Below are positions 1 to 10,699 of a stretch of 32,000 bases of DNA, piece by piece. The DNA comes from Mycobacterium leprae TN (lineage in GTDB: Bacteria; Actinomycetota; Actinomycetes; Mycobacteriales; Mycobacteriaceae). The DNA lies in contig NC_002677.1 in assembly GCF_000195855.1 (NCBI RefSeq), positions 2,670,001 through 2,702,000 of the forward strand. The letters are read 5' to 3'. A program made the translations under genes and the position numbers. How positions within the stretch are numbered: the first letter of the stretch is position 1; each line of letters starts with the position of its first letter. The notes below the pieces were generated by a model. It did not search any database and was not told the DNA's origin. It worked only from the letters and a program-made list of their open reading frames with translations.

Positions 1-129
1 GGTACTGGGCTACCTAGCGAGCACGAGTTGAGGTCGATCAAGTTAGACACCTACTCCTACTATGGTCAGGCCCAAGACCCCGGGGGGTCGTACAAACGCT
101 ACGGGGCTTTAGTCAAGCTATACTGGTAA
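1..129 (+). CDS. 3' end of an unidentified coding sequence running in from outside the window (43 open codons ending ...LDTYSYYGQAQDPGGSYKRYGALVKLYW*)
   Basis: Frame 1 is open from base 1 to a TAA at 127-129. It translates as GTGLPSEHELRSIKLDTYSYYGQAQDPGGSYKRYGALVKLYW*. Family not recognised. Confidence 0.4.
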   Translation, partial: GTGLPSEHELRSIKLDTYSYYGQAQDPGGSYKRYGALVKLYW

Positions 130-321
130 CGGGCCAGATACAGACAGGAATTTCGCCGCATCCGGTCAGGTGATTCTGCCCACATCGACCTTCGAGAGAG
201 CCCATTCGATTGGGGGCTTCACAGCAAGCTACCGCATACTTGATGCCATGCTGTCTGCGACATCACCGCAAACCGTTTATACGGTGCTAAGTGGTGCGCT
301 CGTAATGAGTCGAGGTTTCTG

Positions 322-1872
322 ATGGCGCGTTCCCACAATCCTCGGCACCGGCATCGCGCCATTCATAAGCCGTCGCGAATCCGCATAGCGCTGACTCGGA
401 GCTTCATGACGCTCACATCGTTCGTCGCAGTGCTGCTGACTGGAGCCGGCTATTGGGTAGCCCACCGTGCGCTAGAAGACATCACCGTTTCGCAAGCTCT
501 CACCACGGACGATCCGCGATCCACCGATAACAACATAAACATCTTGCTCATAGGCTTAGACTCACGCAAAGACCAGCAGGGTAATGATCTACCTTGGTCG
601 ATCCTGAAGCAGCTGCACGCTGGCGATTCCAACGACGGGGGCTACAACACCAACACCCTGATATTGGTGCACGTCGGTGCCGACAACAAAGCAGTCGCAT
701 TTTCGATCCCCCGCGATGATTGGGTGCCCTTCAGCGACGTCCCCGGATACAATCACATCAAGATCAAAGAGGCCTACGGGCTGACCAAGCAATATGTCAC
801 CCAGAAACTCATCGACCAGGGTGTCACGGATCAGAAAGAGCTGGAGACACAGGGGCGCGAAGCCGGCCGGGCAGCAACCTTGCGCATAGTGCGAAGCCTG
901 ACCGGCGTGTCGATCGACTATTTCGCCGAGGTCAATTTAGCCGGTTTCTATGATCTGACCCACACCTTGGGTGGTGTTGAAGTGTGCCTCAATCACGCCG
1001 TCTACGACTCATATTCCGGTGCCGACTTCCCAGCCGGGCGACAACGACTGGATGCTTCAGAAGCACTCGCGTTTGTCCGGCAGCGTCATGGCCTCGACAA
1101 TGGGGACCTTGACCGCACCCATCGACAGCAGGCATTCATATCCTCAGTCATGCGGGAGCTTGGGGACACCGGCACCTTCACCAACCTAGACAAGCTCAGG
1201 AGCTTGATGGCGGTGGCGCGCAAAGATGTCGTGTTATCGGCAGGTTGGAACGAAGACTTGATCCAACGATTAGGAACGCTCGCGAACGACGTAGGAGAAA
1301 ACCGTACCCAATTCCGGACGCTGCCGGTAGTACGCTATGATAACATCAATGGGCAAGCCGTTAACATTATTGACCCGGTCGCTATCAAAGCTGAGGTAGC
1401 GTCGACGATCGGCACCGCCTCACCCGCAACAGCAACTCCCAGCAAGCCAAATCCGTCCACTGTCGTCGACGTGATAAATGCCGGAAGATTGACCGGACTC
1501 GCCAGCGAGGTATTCCAAACGCTGAAAAAGCACGGCTACACTGCAGGTCAGGTCCGCGACCGCAGCTCAGGCGAGCCGACTACCACCTCGATCCAATACG
1601 GCGCCGGAGCAGACACTGATGCCCAGAACGTGGCCACCCTGCTCAGCATTGACGCCCCTAATCAAGCGGATCCTAAGTTGGCATCCGGACACATCCGAGT
1701 GATCGTTGACACCAATTATTCGTTGCCCGCCGACGAGGACAGCACAATGGACGAAACCATCACTTCTCAGAAGGTCGGAACATATCCTCCGTACAGCTAC
1801 AACACCAGCCCTTACCCTACGCCCGACCAAGGGAAACCTATCGACGGCGGTGGCATCCCCTGCGTCAACTAG
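322..1872 (+). CDS. cpsA: LytR-CpsA-Psr (LCP) family cell-envelope protein, CpsA-like (Rv3484-like)
   Basis: 516-aa ORF with an N-terminal TM segment and LCP motifs: NILLIGLDSR, NTNTLILVHV, SIPRDDWV, LGGVEVCLN, LDASEALAFVRQRHGLDNGDLDRTHRQQAFI. Confidence 0.93.
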   Translation: MARSHNPRHRHRAIHKPSRIRIALTRSFMTLTSFVAVLLTGAGYWVAHRALEDITVSQALTTDDPRSTDNNINILLIGLDSRKDQQGNDLPWSILKQLHAGDSNDGGYNTNTLILVHVGADNKAVAFSIPRDDWVPFSDVPGYNHIKIKEAYGLTKQYVTQKLIDQGVTDQKELETQGREAGRAATLRIVRSLTGVSIDYFAEVNLAGFYDLTHTLGGVEVCLNHAVYDSYSGADFPAGRQRLDASEALAFVRQRHGLDNGDLDRTHRQQAFISSVMRELGDTGTFTNLDKLRSLMAVARKDVVLSAGWNEDLIQRLGTLANDVGENRTQFRTLPVVRYDNINGQAVNIIDPVAIKAEVASTIGTASPATATPSKPNPSTVVDVINAGRLTGLASEVFQTLKKHGYTAGQVRDRSSGEPTTTSIQYGAGADTDAQNVATLLSIDAPNQADPKLASGHIRVIVDTNYSLPADEDSTMDETITSQKVGTYPPYSYNTSPYPTPDQGKPIDGGGIPCVN

Positions 1873-1949
1873 TGGCGATCGCAAACACGGCGACGCCGAG
1901 CGTTAGGATCGCCACTAATCAGACTACTAGGCGTAGGTACCTCGTCGAT

Positions 1950-2440
1950 GTGAATTTCAGTGCCGGTGATGAACGTGCCTCCTAGGACGTCCTAGGACAC
2001 CGGCATGGCGATCGACGCCAACAACGGCAGCAGGATTGGCCATCCCGATGCTGCTGGATTGCAGCGCAGTGGACGGTATAGGCATGAGCCTGAGAAACAG
2101 CGACCAAGCAGCATCTTTCGGGAGGTAGCCCGGCCCAACGCAGACCGCACGCAAACCCTCCCTCGAGTATTCGAGTGCCAATGAATGGGTAAAAGCCTGA
2201 ATACCGACCTTGCTAGCCGCGTATGCTTCCATCTACGGGCGCGCAAAAGATGCCGAAGTGGAGCTGAAATGCACAATCGCGCTGCGCGAATTCGGCGAGT
2301 AGCGTCGGCAGTACTTCGCGGACCACCAGGAAAGTACCGGTCCCGGGTTGAGGGGATGATTCGATTCCACTGCTGCGTGCTGATTTGAGGAGTGTGAGCT
2401 GCACCCAAGATTCTGGCTAGCGTTAATCAATGAATCCAAG
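1950..2440 (-). pseudogene. short-chain dehydrogenase/reductase remnant
   Basis: Frameshifted minus-strand fragments: TGTFLVVREVLPTL, IVHFSSTSASFARP, then MEAYAASKVGIQAFTHSLALEYSREGLRAVCVGPG. The last carries the SDR YxxxK catalytic motif. No single full-length frame. Confidence 0.8.
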
Positions 2441-2759
2441 CCGAGGAACGTTTCAACTGCCCAGCGTACGCCCTCGATGACGGAATCCTCCTTAACGACA
2501 TCTATATCTGGATAGTGGTCAGCTGGTTGCCGATTGCCGCCTCATCGGCCCGAGCACGGGTACTTGATCAGCCCGTCCGCCGGCGATGTCGCGGCCCCTA
2601 CCACAGTGGCCCCCTCGTCCAGCAGCCGCAACACGGTGGCTTGACCGATACCCGACGCCGCACCGGTCCCTAGGGTCCGATAACCTGCGAGACGCCTCGG
2701 ATAGCACATTCTTCATCTTTCACCAAGCCTCGGAAAACCCGGCATGGTGGATGACATGA

Positions 2760-3640
2760 ACATCTAATTTATCAGCCTGGGGAGCATGGGCAGCGGCATG
2801 GCTGCCAAGCTGTTGAAAGCCGGTCACCAGGTCACCGTCTACAACCGGTTCACCCGACAAAGGCGGAATCCCTCGTTCGGCAAGGCGCGACGGCGGCACG
2901 CAGCCGAAGCCAGCAGTGGTGCGGTTGTTTTCTCTATGTTCTCCGACTATCGGGCCGGTCGAGGACATGGCGTTTGGCCAAGACAGAATTGTGAACTTTG
3001 CTAGCCCCTGGCGCCACCCAATTATCTCATCGAGCACCATCAGCGTCGCGCTGTTGGAGCGCCCGACGGCCGCGCACGCTGAAGCCGGTCAGCAGCGTAT
3101 ACCGGCGGGCACCGGTGTTCTACAGAACCGAAGCCTCCTCTAAGGCAAAACTTTTCGTGATAGCCGCGGGCGACCCGGAAGCTCTAGAGCCGCTGCGCCC
3201 CGCTGTTCGACACTATCGGCCAGCAGACCTTCGTGGTATCCGACCAACCGCATACCGTCACCTTGGTGAAGTTGAGCGGAAACTTCCTGCTTACGTCGAC
3301 CATTGAAGCAGTCGGCGAGGCCGTCGCGCTGGTCGCCAAGGCAGTAGTCGACAAGCTGCAGTTGACATCCTCGCCTCAACGTTGTTCACCGTGCTGGCGT
3401 ATCAGACCTACGGCGGGCTGATCGCGCTACAGGAATTCGAGCCGGCCGGATTCGTAGCGAAACTCAGCCTCAAAGACGGGAGGCCGGTGTTCACCAGCGC
3501 ATCAGACCTGCAGATGCCGCTCCCCGGAGCCAGTTTACTGCACGGCCGCCTGCTTAGCCTGGCGGCAACCAGCAACAGACACCTGGACTGGTCTGCCGTC
3601 ACTACGCTCACCTACCGCGACACCGGCACGGCGTCCACCC
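2760..3640 (+). pseudogene. NAD-binding 6-phosphogluconate/3-hydroxyisobutyrate dehydrogenase family remnant
   Basis: Fragments in different frames: MGSGMAAKLLKAGHQVTVYNRFTR (Rossmann-type N terminus), VSDQPHTVTLVKLSGNFLLTSTIEAVGEAVALVAKAVVDKLQLTS, and VLAYQTYGGLIALQEFEPAGFVAKLSLKDGRPVFTSASDLQMPLP. Confidence 0.8.
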
Positions 3641-3939
3641 CAGACTCACACCATCCCACTTAGACCGTCGGCGCCGAACACGAGTTCCAACATCGCAGAG
3701 AAGTTGAGACCGCGTCGCAATATCTGCCCGCCGCCGACATTGATGACTTACCCGGTGATTCAACTGGCCACATCGCTGAGCAAAACATTGCTAGGTTGGC
3801 GATGTCATCGACCTCACCCATCCGTGGCAACGGTGTGCAGATTCGGTAATCCCGCGTTCCGCTCCGGCGAATCAGTCACGGGCTAGAATTAGATCCGTGC
3901 GGACCAAGTCTGGGCGAAAATACCGTTGCCCCTCACCCA

Positions 3940-4450
3940 CGACGAGCCGAGCTCATCGACAGGCCAACATCAACATGTGATCAACAGGCGACTTGGTGAC
4001 CCCGTAGGCGCCAAACCAACAGGGGGTTTTACTGGCCAGCGACGGACCAATTCCGACGAATGAACCAGCACCACCGTGCATCACTAACCTGCCACGTACT
4101 TGAGCATGTATCTGGCCCCGTTGATATCCAGGGCTACGGTACGTCGCCACGCCTACAGAGTCAATCTGGCTAGATCGGCCCGATGGCCTTCCGAGCCGGC
4201 CCGCACAATGCACCCCACACCATGCAGCCAACCGTGCCAAACCGTCGCGGCATCCACCACACGGGCGTTTTCGTCTTCACCGGTTCTGTCGGCGGTCGCA
4301 CAGCGAATCGAGCCGCCGTTGAGCCTCGAGTCCTTGTATGCTGTTGACAGCCGCTACCAGCCGGTTAGTGTCGCCCCGACGATCGTGACGGCGGCCCCGG
4401 CCGCGACAAGTCCGCGGCCAGGGCCGGTAAACATGTAGTAATATCCGATT
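3940..4450 (-). pseudogene. second short-chain dehydrogenase/reductase remnant
   Basis: Minus-strand pieces such as GAAVTIVG, NGARYMLKYVARQV and GGAGSFVGIGPSLASKTPCWFGAYGVTKSPVDHMLMLA fit the SDR fold order but are split by frameshifts and stops. Confidence 0.75.
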
Positions 4451-4559
4451 CTTCTAAAGAAAGCTGCACCTGGTTCCCTTACGCCCAAACTAAAAGCAGG
4501 TTCTCGCAATAGAAACATGTGGCCCGCCCGTAGCTGCTACGGCACAGCGTGGCAAGCCC

Positions 4560-4850
4560 ACTTACGCCAGCTTAGCGGTGCGCCAGTCCTCCACATCGGG
4601 CGGCAGGCCAACCGGAGGTACCGGCTCTCGTTGTGGGCTGACCAATAGGCGTACCCAAGGCTCGTGCATGTGGAAGTTATGCCGCAGCGCCTCGGTGAAT
4701 CTCATAGCATCGAAGGCAGCGTTGACCGAGTATCTTGATCAGCAGCGTCACTATCGTGGGCCGTTCGGCGACGCGGAGGGCGAACTCGAGCGTCTTGGCC
4801 TGCCCAGCTCATTGAGCAGGAAAACCGTGGACACCATGCCCAGCCGATAG
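4560..4850 (-). pseudogene. degraded coding remnant of unknown family
   Basis: The minus strand includes the coding-like run MRFTEALRHNFHMHEPWVRLLVSPQREPVPPVGLPPDVEDWRTAKLA. It has no clear start or full frame. Confidence 0.35.
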
Positions 4851-6099
4851 GCCTCGTCGGTATCCAAACGCATCGCCTATCAACAGCAGCTTTTTGACCT
4901 TAAGCGGACCAAATTCCCAAGGGTGAGCGTAATATTCGACGCACGTAATACTCATGCACACCGCAACCACATCGCTGAACTTCAGCGTTATCAGCAGCAA
5001 CAATCAGATCGCATGCCCAGATCAGCATCAAGCCTGCAAATATCCGCGTCGCCCTGAACCTGGATGGTGGTGACTTTACGCAGGTCACGCCAGCGACAGG
5101 TGTTTTAGAATTAATGTAGTGCCCCTCCCGCAGATTTAGGTCTTCTCTGCGACCGCATCGCGGGTAGCATCGTGTGAACGGAAGGCCGGATGTTGCACCG
5201 GTCCGAGCTTGTGTTCCAATAACTCCGGGTCCGAGCCCGAGTCGTGACCAGCGGAAAGATTCCTGCTGCGCGCCGCCAAAATCACCACACGAACGGCGCC
5301 GTCAGCCTCGGTGTGGCAAAACGCCTCATCAAGTTGAAACAGCTAAGGTATAGTTCTGCGCGTTGTGAACGCCGGACCGGTTGAACCAGATCCGCGCGAT
5401 GCGATCGCCATCGAGAGTCTTCTAGACCACCAAAACTCTTTTGTTTGTTGATTTGGCCGGAAATTGTCATTCGGCCTACCTCACTTATCAGGATCGCTGC
5501 ATACCCGGCCCCCGGTCCTTTGCACATTAGCAGCCAACACCCAGAGCGTTCGCCGCCAGGTTGATCGGTGTCAGTAGCTGCAAATCTTCACCATGCCAAC
5601 AGTTCCTCCAACATCGAACAGTCCGACCGTGCACCCCGACCTGCTCTACCCGTCGGTTCCGACGGCACACCACTACGGCTGATTAAGTGCCGCTGCCAGA
5701 AGAGCCGCGGCAGTCCTGAGTAAGGCCACGAGACGGGCATGTTCTGCGTTCTGTTGCTTCGACTGGTCAATTGGGGAGAATTTGCTCGGAAGCCACGGCT
5801 GAACCGTCGTTGTCAATATCGCTCCTGCACAGCCGCTCGTACCCTGTCTCAGGGATGGTGTTACCGAGCGTGTCTGCCACCACCCGAATCGCCATCCGTT
5901 CCATGTCATAGCGGTCGTGAACCGAAGCGATTGTCCGCCCCTCCTTGCGATGTGACGCAAAATTGACCCGTTTTGCGACCCAGGCTGATACCGCCCGCGT
6001 CATCTCTTAGTCTGCCACCTCTACGCCAGCGCTGAAGGCCACTGCTTGCTGTCAGTCCAACTGCTGGCCCAACTCCGATTCACACTGGCGAAACCCAGT

Positions 6100-6545
6100 T
6101 TACCACTGGGCCAGTTAAGCTTCCTGCCAAGCTAGCTCAGCCTTATGCTGCGCAACCTGCACTTCGGGCTGGGCAAGCTGCACTTCCCGACGGCGAAGCT
6201 GAGCTAACTGCTGAGGAAGCAGGGCTCCCCACTGAGCGAGTTGAGCTTCCAGATGGGAAAGTTGCGCTTCGTGCTGGTAAATATAGGAATCTTGTACTGG
6301 ACGACCTGGCCTTCGTGATTAAACATGGCAGTTTCTCGCTCGGTCAGCGCAACTTCTCGGTTGCGGAGCCCCATCCTGGTTGCGCAGTTCAGCGTTCCGA
6401 TTGCGGAACTCCACGTCTTCCTCGATATGTCGAGTCCGCTCCTGCTCGGCCAAGTCGATGAAGACACCGACTTCTTGCTCACTGTAACAGCGCTTGCCAA
6501 TGTACGACCTCGAGAAGGCGATATTGTTGGGCATCGGCTGGAATG
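6100..6545 (-). pseudogene. DivIVA-domain / coiled-coil protein remnant
   Basis: The minus ORF MPNNIAFSRSYIGKRCYSEQEVGVFIDLAEQERTRHIEEDVEFRNRNAELRNQ resembles the DivIVA N-terminal motif (xxxGKRGYxxxEVDxFLD). A downstream frame reads YQHEAQLSHLEAQLAQWGALLPQQLAQLRRREVQLAQPEVQVAQHKAELAWQEA, which is coiled-coil-like. The frame is broken between them. Confidence 0.65.
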
Positions 6546-7097
6546 AGGATCATTGTTTTTTCCTCCCGGAGTTTTGAGCGCCATCAGGCGAGTCTCCATG
6601 CCGTTTAGGATATTATTTTCCCGCAGCACAGTTCTTTACTTGCCACTGACTGACAAGCATCAGCTCAAACCGACAAACGTGCGGCAGGCTACGGGAAGTG
6701 CGTCAGACAACCAGTTGTTCGCGCTTGGACCGTCGCGTTTTTCGACCTCGGCACCGGTCAAAGCACCTGCCGTCAGCTGTGCGGCAGTCGTCCACCCCAG
6801 GGCCGATAGCCACCCAGTTGCACGCCCTCAACAAAACGGCATCACGGATGCCTCGAATTAGCTAGGAGATCGATCTCAATCGCGTCCTGACCGTGTCGAC
6901 ATTGACAGCCTGCCCAGAATCTCGGCGATCTGTGCCGTACACTCAGCCAGGCGTGATTTGCCTGGCTTGAGTCGGTATCGGCACCAGCCGGTCCCTGATT
7001 GTCCACCTCCTCCCCTGGCCACTAATCTGACCATGATAAACGCTAAAATTCATGCGACAGGCTGCGACGCAGTACGCGTTACCCTTACAGTTAAGTA

Positions 7098-7262
7098 ATG
7101 TCTACGAAATCTGACCCTGGCGAAATCGACGACGTCGAGCCACTGGCCGACAGCACGGCAAGCCAGGCCAGGCGCGTCGTCGCCGCGTATGCCAACGACG
7201 CGGACGAGTGCCGGATTTTCCTATCTATGCTCGGCATTGGGCCAGCGAAACACGAGACGTAA
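7098..7262 (+). CDS. small conserved mycobacterial protein (54 aa), Rv3489-like
   Basis: ATG at 7098 and TAA at 7260-7262. Translation: MSTKSDPGEIDDVEPLADSTASQARRVVAAYANDADECRIFLSMLGIGPAKHET. It directly abuts the otsA start at 7263. It is absent from the supplied ORF track, whose shortest listed ORF is 60 aa. Confidence 0.8.
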   Translation: MSTKSDPGEIDDVEPLADSTASQARRVVAAYANDADECRIFLSMLGIGPAKHET

Positions 7263-8759
7263 ATGACTTCGCGGGGTAACCATGGCTCGAAGACCTCAAG
7301 TGACAAGCACCTCGGGGATTCCGACTTTGTAGTGGTCGCCAATCGCCTGCCAGTTGATCAGGTGCGACTTCCCGATGGCACTGCGATCTGGAAGCGCAGT
7401 CCAGGCGGGTTGGTCACAGCGCTAGAGCCGCTGCTGCGTCAGCGGCGCGGGGCCTGGGTCGGCTGGCCGGGCGTAATAAACGACAACGTGGACCTCGACT
7501 TGACCATCAAGTCGATCGTGCAGGATGGCCTTACTCTTTATCCGGTACGGCTGAACACACATGATGTCGCCGAGTACTACGAGGGGTTCTCGAACGCCAC
7601 GCTGTGGCCGCTATACCACGACGTCATCGTAAAGCCCATTTACCACTGCGAATGGTGGGAACGCTACGTCGATGTCAACCGGCGCTTCGCCGAAACAACG
7701 TCACGCACAGCCGCCTACGGTGGGACCGTATGGGTGCAGGACTACCAACTGCAATTGGTACCGAAGATGCTGCGCATAATGCGGCCCGACTTGACCATCG
7801 GTTTCTTCTTGCACATCCCGTTCCCGCCGGTGGAGCTGTTCATGCAGATACCATGGCGCACCGAGATCATCGAGGGTCTGCTCGGGGCCGACCTAGTGGG
7901 ATTCCATCTGACCAGCGGTGCGCAGAATTTCCTGTTCCTGTCCCGACATCTGCTCGGCGCTAACACGTCGCGCGGATTGGTTGGTGTGCGATCACGGTTC
8001 GGTGAAGTGCAATTGAAGTCCCACACAGTCCAAGTGGGCGCGTTTCCCATCTCGATCGACTCCAAAGAAATCGACCAAGCCACCCGCGACCGCAACGTCC
8101 GGCGCCGCGCCCGCGAAATCCGGGCTGAGCTAGGTAACCCCCGCAAAATCCTGCTCGGCGTTGACCGACTCGACTACACCAAGGGCATCGATGTTCGATT
8201 GAGGGCCTTCGCTGAACTGCTCGCCGAGGGTCGGGCGAAGCGCGACGACACCGTTCTAGTCCAGCTAGCGACACCGAGCCGCGAACGAGTAGAAAGCTAT
8301 AAGATTTTACGCAACGACATCGAACGCCAAGTTGGCCATATCAACGGCGAATACGGCGAGGTCGGTCATCCCGTGGTGCACTACTTGCACCGCCCAATTC
8401 CCCGCGACGAGCTCATCGCGTTCTACGTGGCAAGTGATGTCATGTTGGTCACCCCGCTGCGGGACGGGATGAACCTAGTGGCCAAGGAATACGTCGCGTG
8501 CCGCAACGATCTCGGCGGTGCGCTCGTCCTCAGCGAATTCACCGGAGCAGCCGCGGAACTCCGGCAGGCCTATCTAGTCAACCCACACGACCTAGAAGGG
8601 GTTAAGGACACGATCGAAGCGGCGCTCAACCAGCTGGCCGAAGAAGCACGGCGCCGGATGCGGTCGCTGCGACGCCAAGTGCTCGCCCATGACGTCGATC
8701 GCTGGGCGCGATCATTTCTCGACGCGCTCGCCGAAGCGCCGGCGCGCGACGCGACATAA
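7263..8759 (+). CDS. otsA: alpha,alpha-trehalose-phosphate synthase (GT20)
   Basis: 498-aa ORF with OtsA motifs: [105 protein letters not shown]. Confidence 0.97.
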   Translation: MTSRGNHGSKTSSDKHLGDSDFVVVANRLPVDQVRLPDGTAIWKRSPGGLVTALEPLLRQRRGAWVGWPGVINDNVDLDLTIKSIVQDGLTLYPVRLNTHDVAEYYEGFSNATLWPLYHDVIVKPIYHCEWWERYVDVNRRFAETTSRTAAYGGTVWVQDYQLQLVPKMLRIMRPDLTIGFFLHIPFPPVELFMQIPWRTEIIEGLLGADLVGFHLTSGAQNFLFLSRHLLGANTSRGLVGVRSRFGEVQLKSHTVQVGAFPISIDSKEIDQATRDRNVRRRAREIRAELGNPRKILLGVDRLDYTKGIDVRLRAFAELLAEGRAKRDDTVLVQLATPSRERVESYKILRNDIERQVGHINGEYGEVGHPVVHYLHRPIPRDELIAFYVASDVMLVTPLRDGMNLVAKEYVACRNDLGGALVLSEFTGAAAELRQAYLVNPHDLEGVKDTIEAALNQLAEEARRRMRSLRRQVLAHDVDRWARSFLDALAEAPARDAT

Positions 8760-8770
8760 CTTGCATCTCT

Positions 8771-9060
8771 ATGTCACTTCCCACCGTGGTGTTGTCGCCG
8801 AAACGCTATGGATACTCAATTGCAGCGCGAACAGAGGCGCGCCGTGCCATACATCCGTCGCGGGGTTGGCCACTGGTGCTGTCATCCTCACGACCGTTGC
8901 ACTCGGAATTGCATTGCAATCCGCCGATCCCGAAAGTGCCGTTGGCCCACCGCCGGACGGCACCTACAACTTCAACCAAGCCGGTGTCTCCGCGGTTATC
9001 TGGGAACATAACCACATTGTGTGACCAGCCATCCGAAACCCGAAACCAAGCCAATTATTC
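8771..9060 (+). pseudogene. remnant of an exported hypothetical protein (Rv3491-like)
   Basis: Frameshifted pieces: PTVVLSPKRYGYSIAARTEARRA, then GVGHWCCHPHDR/GLATGAVILTTVALGIALQSADPESAVGPPPDGTYNFNQAGVSAVIWE. No single frame is intact. Confidence 0.55.
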
Positions 9061-9489
9061 CAATCCTGTCACCTGGGCGTTCCGATGTACTCCGAATGTG
9101 GGATGAGTCAGACACTTGAGTAGATAACCCGTGTCGACCGACTGCAGAAATTCAGCGCCAGGACTCGGTTGGCTAGCGTGCTTTGGATTTTCCAGTTGAG
9201 ACAACCCGACGGCACACCGTGTCCGAACGGGGCGGCACCTTACCGTCCACCGAAACGCATTCGTCCGATGACGTCACGCTCGGCTAGTTACGCATACCAC
9301 TTTGATACGGTGCAGCCTGCGGCCAGAGATTAAATCAAGCAACCGTTCTCGTTGCAGTTAGGCGAAACCGCCCCAGCCCAACATTATCCATTTTGTACTG
9401 CAATAATATTGCCACGTGTTATTGAGCCGAGTTAGGCACGGCCAAACTATGTGTTGTCAATCCCGCCCGGCCAGTAACCAGTAACTTGT

Positions 9490-10250
9490 CCGTTTAGACT
9501 TCAAGGTGTCGTCGTGATGGTCATTTGGTGGTTATTTTTTGCTGGTTTGGTTTGGGTGGTGTTGTGGTGGGCTGGTGGGGTGTGGGTGGTTGATCTGCGC
9601 TAGAAGGTTGCCGTATGTGCCGCCGACGGCCGGATCATCGATGCACTGTTCACTAACACGATACTGCTGCACCCGGCGGCATGCCTGCTTGCTGGCTGAG
9701 GGCCGGTCAACAAGCCGCCGACACCGATACCAGCGGCAGAAATGGTGCAAGGGATAACATCAGGTGCGAATAGTTATACCGTGCACGGGGACGTGCCTGT
9801 TCAGGTGCGGCCACATTGACCACGCCGACACCTCAAGGCCATGACATGCACACTAAAACGCCCCTACCCCGCGGCGCTAACAACTATCCTCACACTCACG
9901 CCTGCATCGATATCGCCTTCAGCACAGCCCAGGTGCCCAGCCCCTGGCATCATCAACATGTAGACCAAGCAGCACCCACCACCGACATGCTTACGTGCGC
10001 CGCGCTAATCGTGTCCACTGCGGCAAAGCACACGAAGCCTCATCGAAAGCAGGCAGTCAGCCACCCACCAACAAAAACCCCGCAACACAGCAAAACACGT
10101 CAACAGGATTCCGGGCTGCCCCCCACGACTACCGAACATATCGGCCAGTCATAAAACGCAAAAACAGCCATTTCACCCACCACCTATGAAACCAACCGAA
10201 CAACTCACCGCCACAGACACAAGACAGCAGAGCCCGGGAACCGCACGATT
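9490..10250. repeat. RLEP repeat, M. leprae-specific dispersed element (outer boundaries approximate)
   Basis: CACCGATACCAGCGGCAGAA at 9722-9741 and CCTCAAGGCCATGACATGCA at 9831-9850 match the LP2 primer and the reverse complement of LP1, spacing 129 bp. CGCTAGAAGGTTGCCGTATG at 9598-9617 and TTCACTAACACGATACTGC ending at 9667 match an RLEP qPCR pair, with the CGCCGACGGCCGGATCATCGA probe site between them. Primer sequences are recalled from the literature. Confidence 0.93.
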
Positions 10251-10699
10251 TTTGACGCCACTCAGGCCAAGTTGGCAACCACGTGGTAGGACCTAGATGC
10301 TCGACAACCGTGAACGACTGGACTCGCTGACGGATGGTTGCCAGATTGAACACCCGGTTAATTCTCGCAACACTGTCCAGCCCGATTGCTCACACCGGAC
10401 ACGCCAGATTGGCTTACGCCCTATACTAGAACGGCGGGTCCTTAGCAATCTCCCTGCTAATAACGCTGTTGCAGAAAATGTAGCCATCGAACCATTACAA
10501 CCCCGCGACGGCAAAGGCGACTGCTACCCTCACGGGGGCGACCAGCCCTGCGGGCCGAGGGCCCGCAGGGCTGGTCTAAAGTTAGCCTATGCATGGGGAA
10601 AGCCAACCTAATACTGCCACTGCCGAAAGCCTCGTCAACATTAGGCTGTAATTGATGAAAACTCCCCCGGCCGAGCAAAAGAGCCGCGCGGGGCGGCTA

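Noticed and set aside
9816-10154. 112-aa plus-strand ORF inside RLEP (MTTPTPQGHDMHTKTPLPRG...)
   Set aside because: Thr/Pro/His-rich reading caused by C/A-rich repeat DNA. RLEP is generally regarded as noncoding, and no domain is visible.
9860-10215. Possible CRISPR or short-spaced repeat array in the C/A-rich stretch
   Set aside because: Low-complexity composition only. There is no regularly spaced identical repeat and no cas-like gene nearby.
9490-10250. RLEP as an IS element with a transposase
   Set aside because: No transposase-like frame (no DDE or HUH motifs) and no clear terminal inverted repeats visible by eye.
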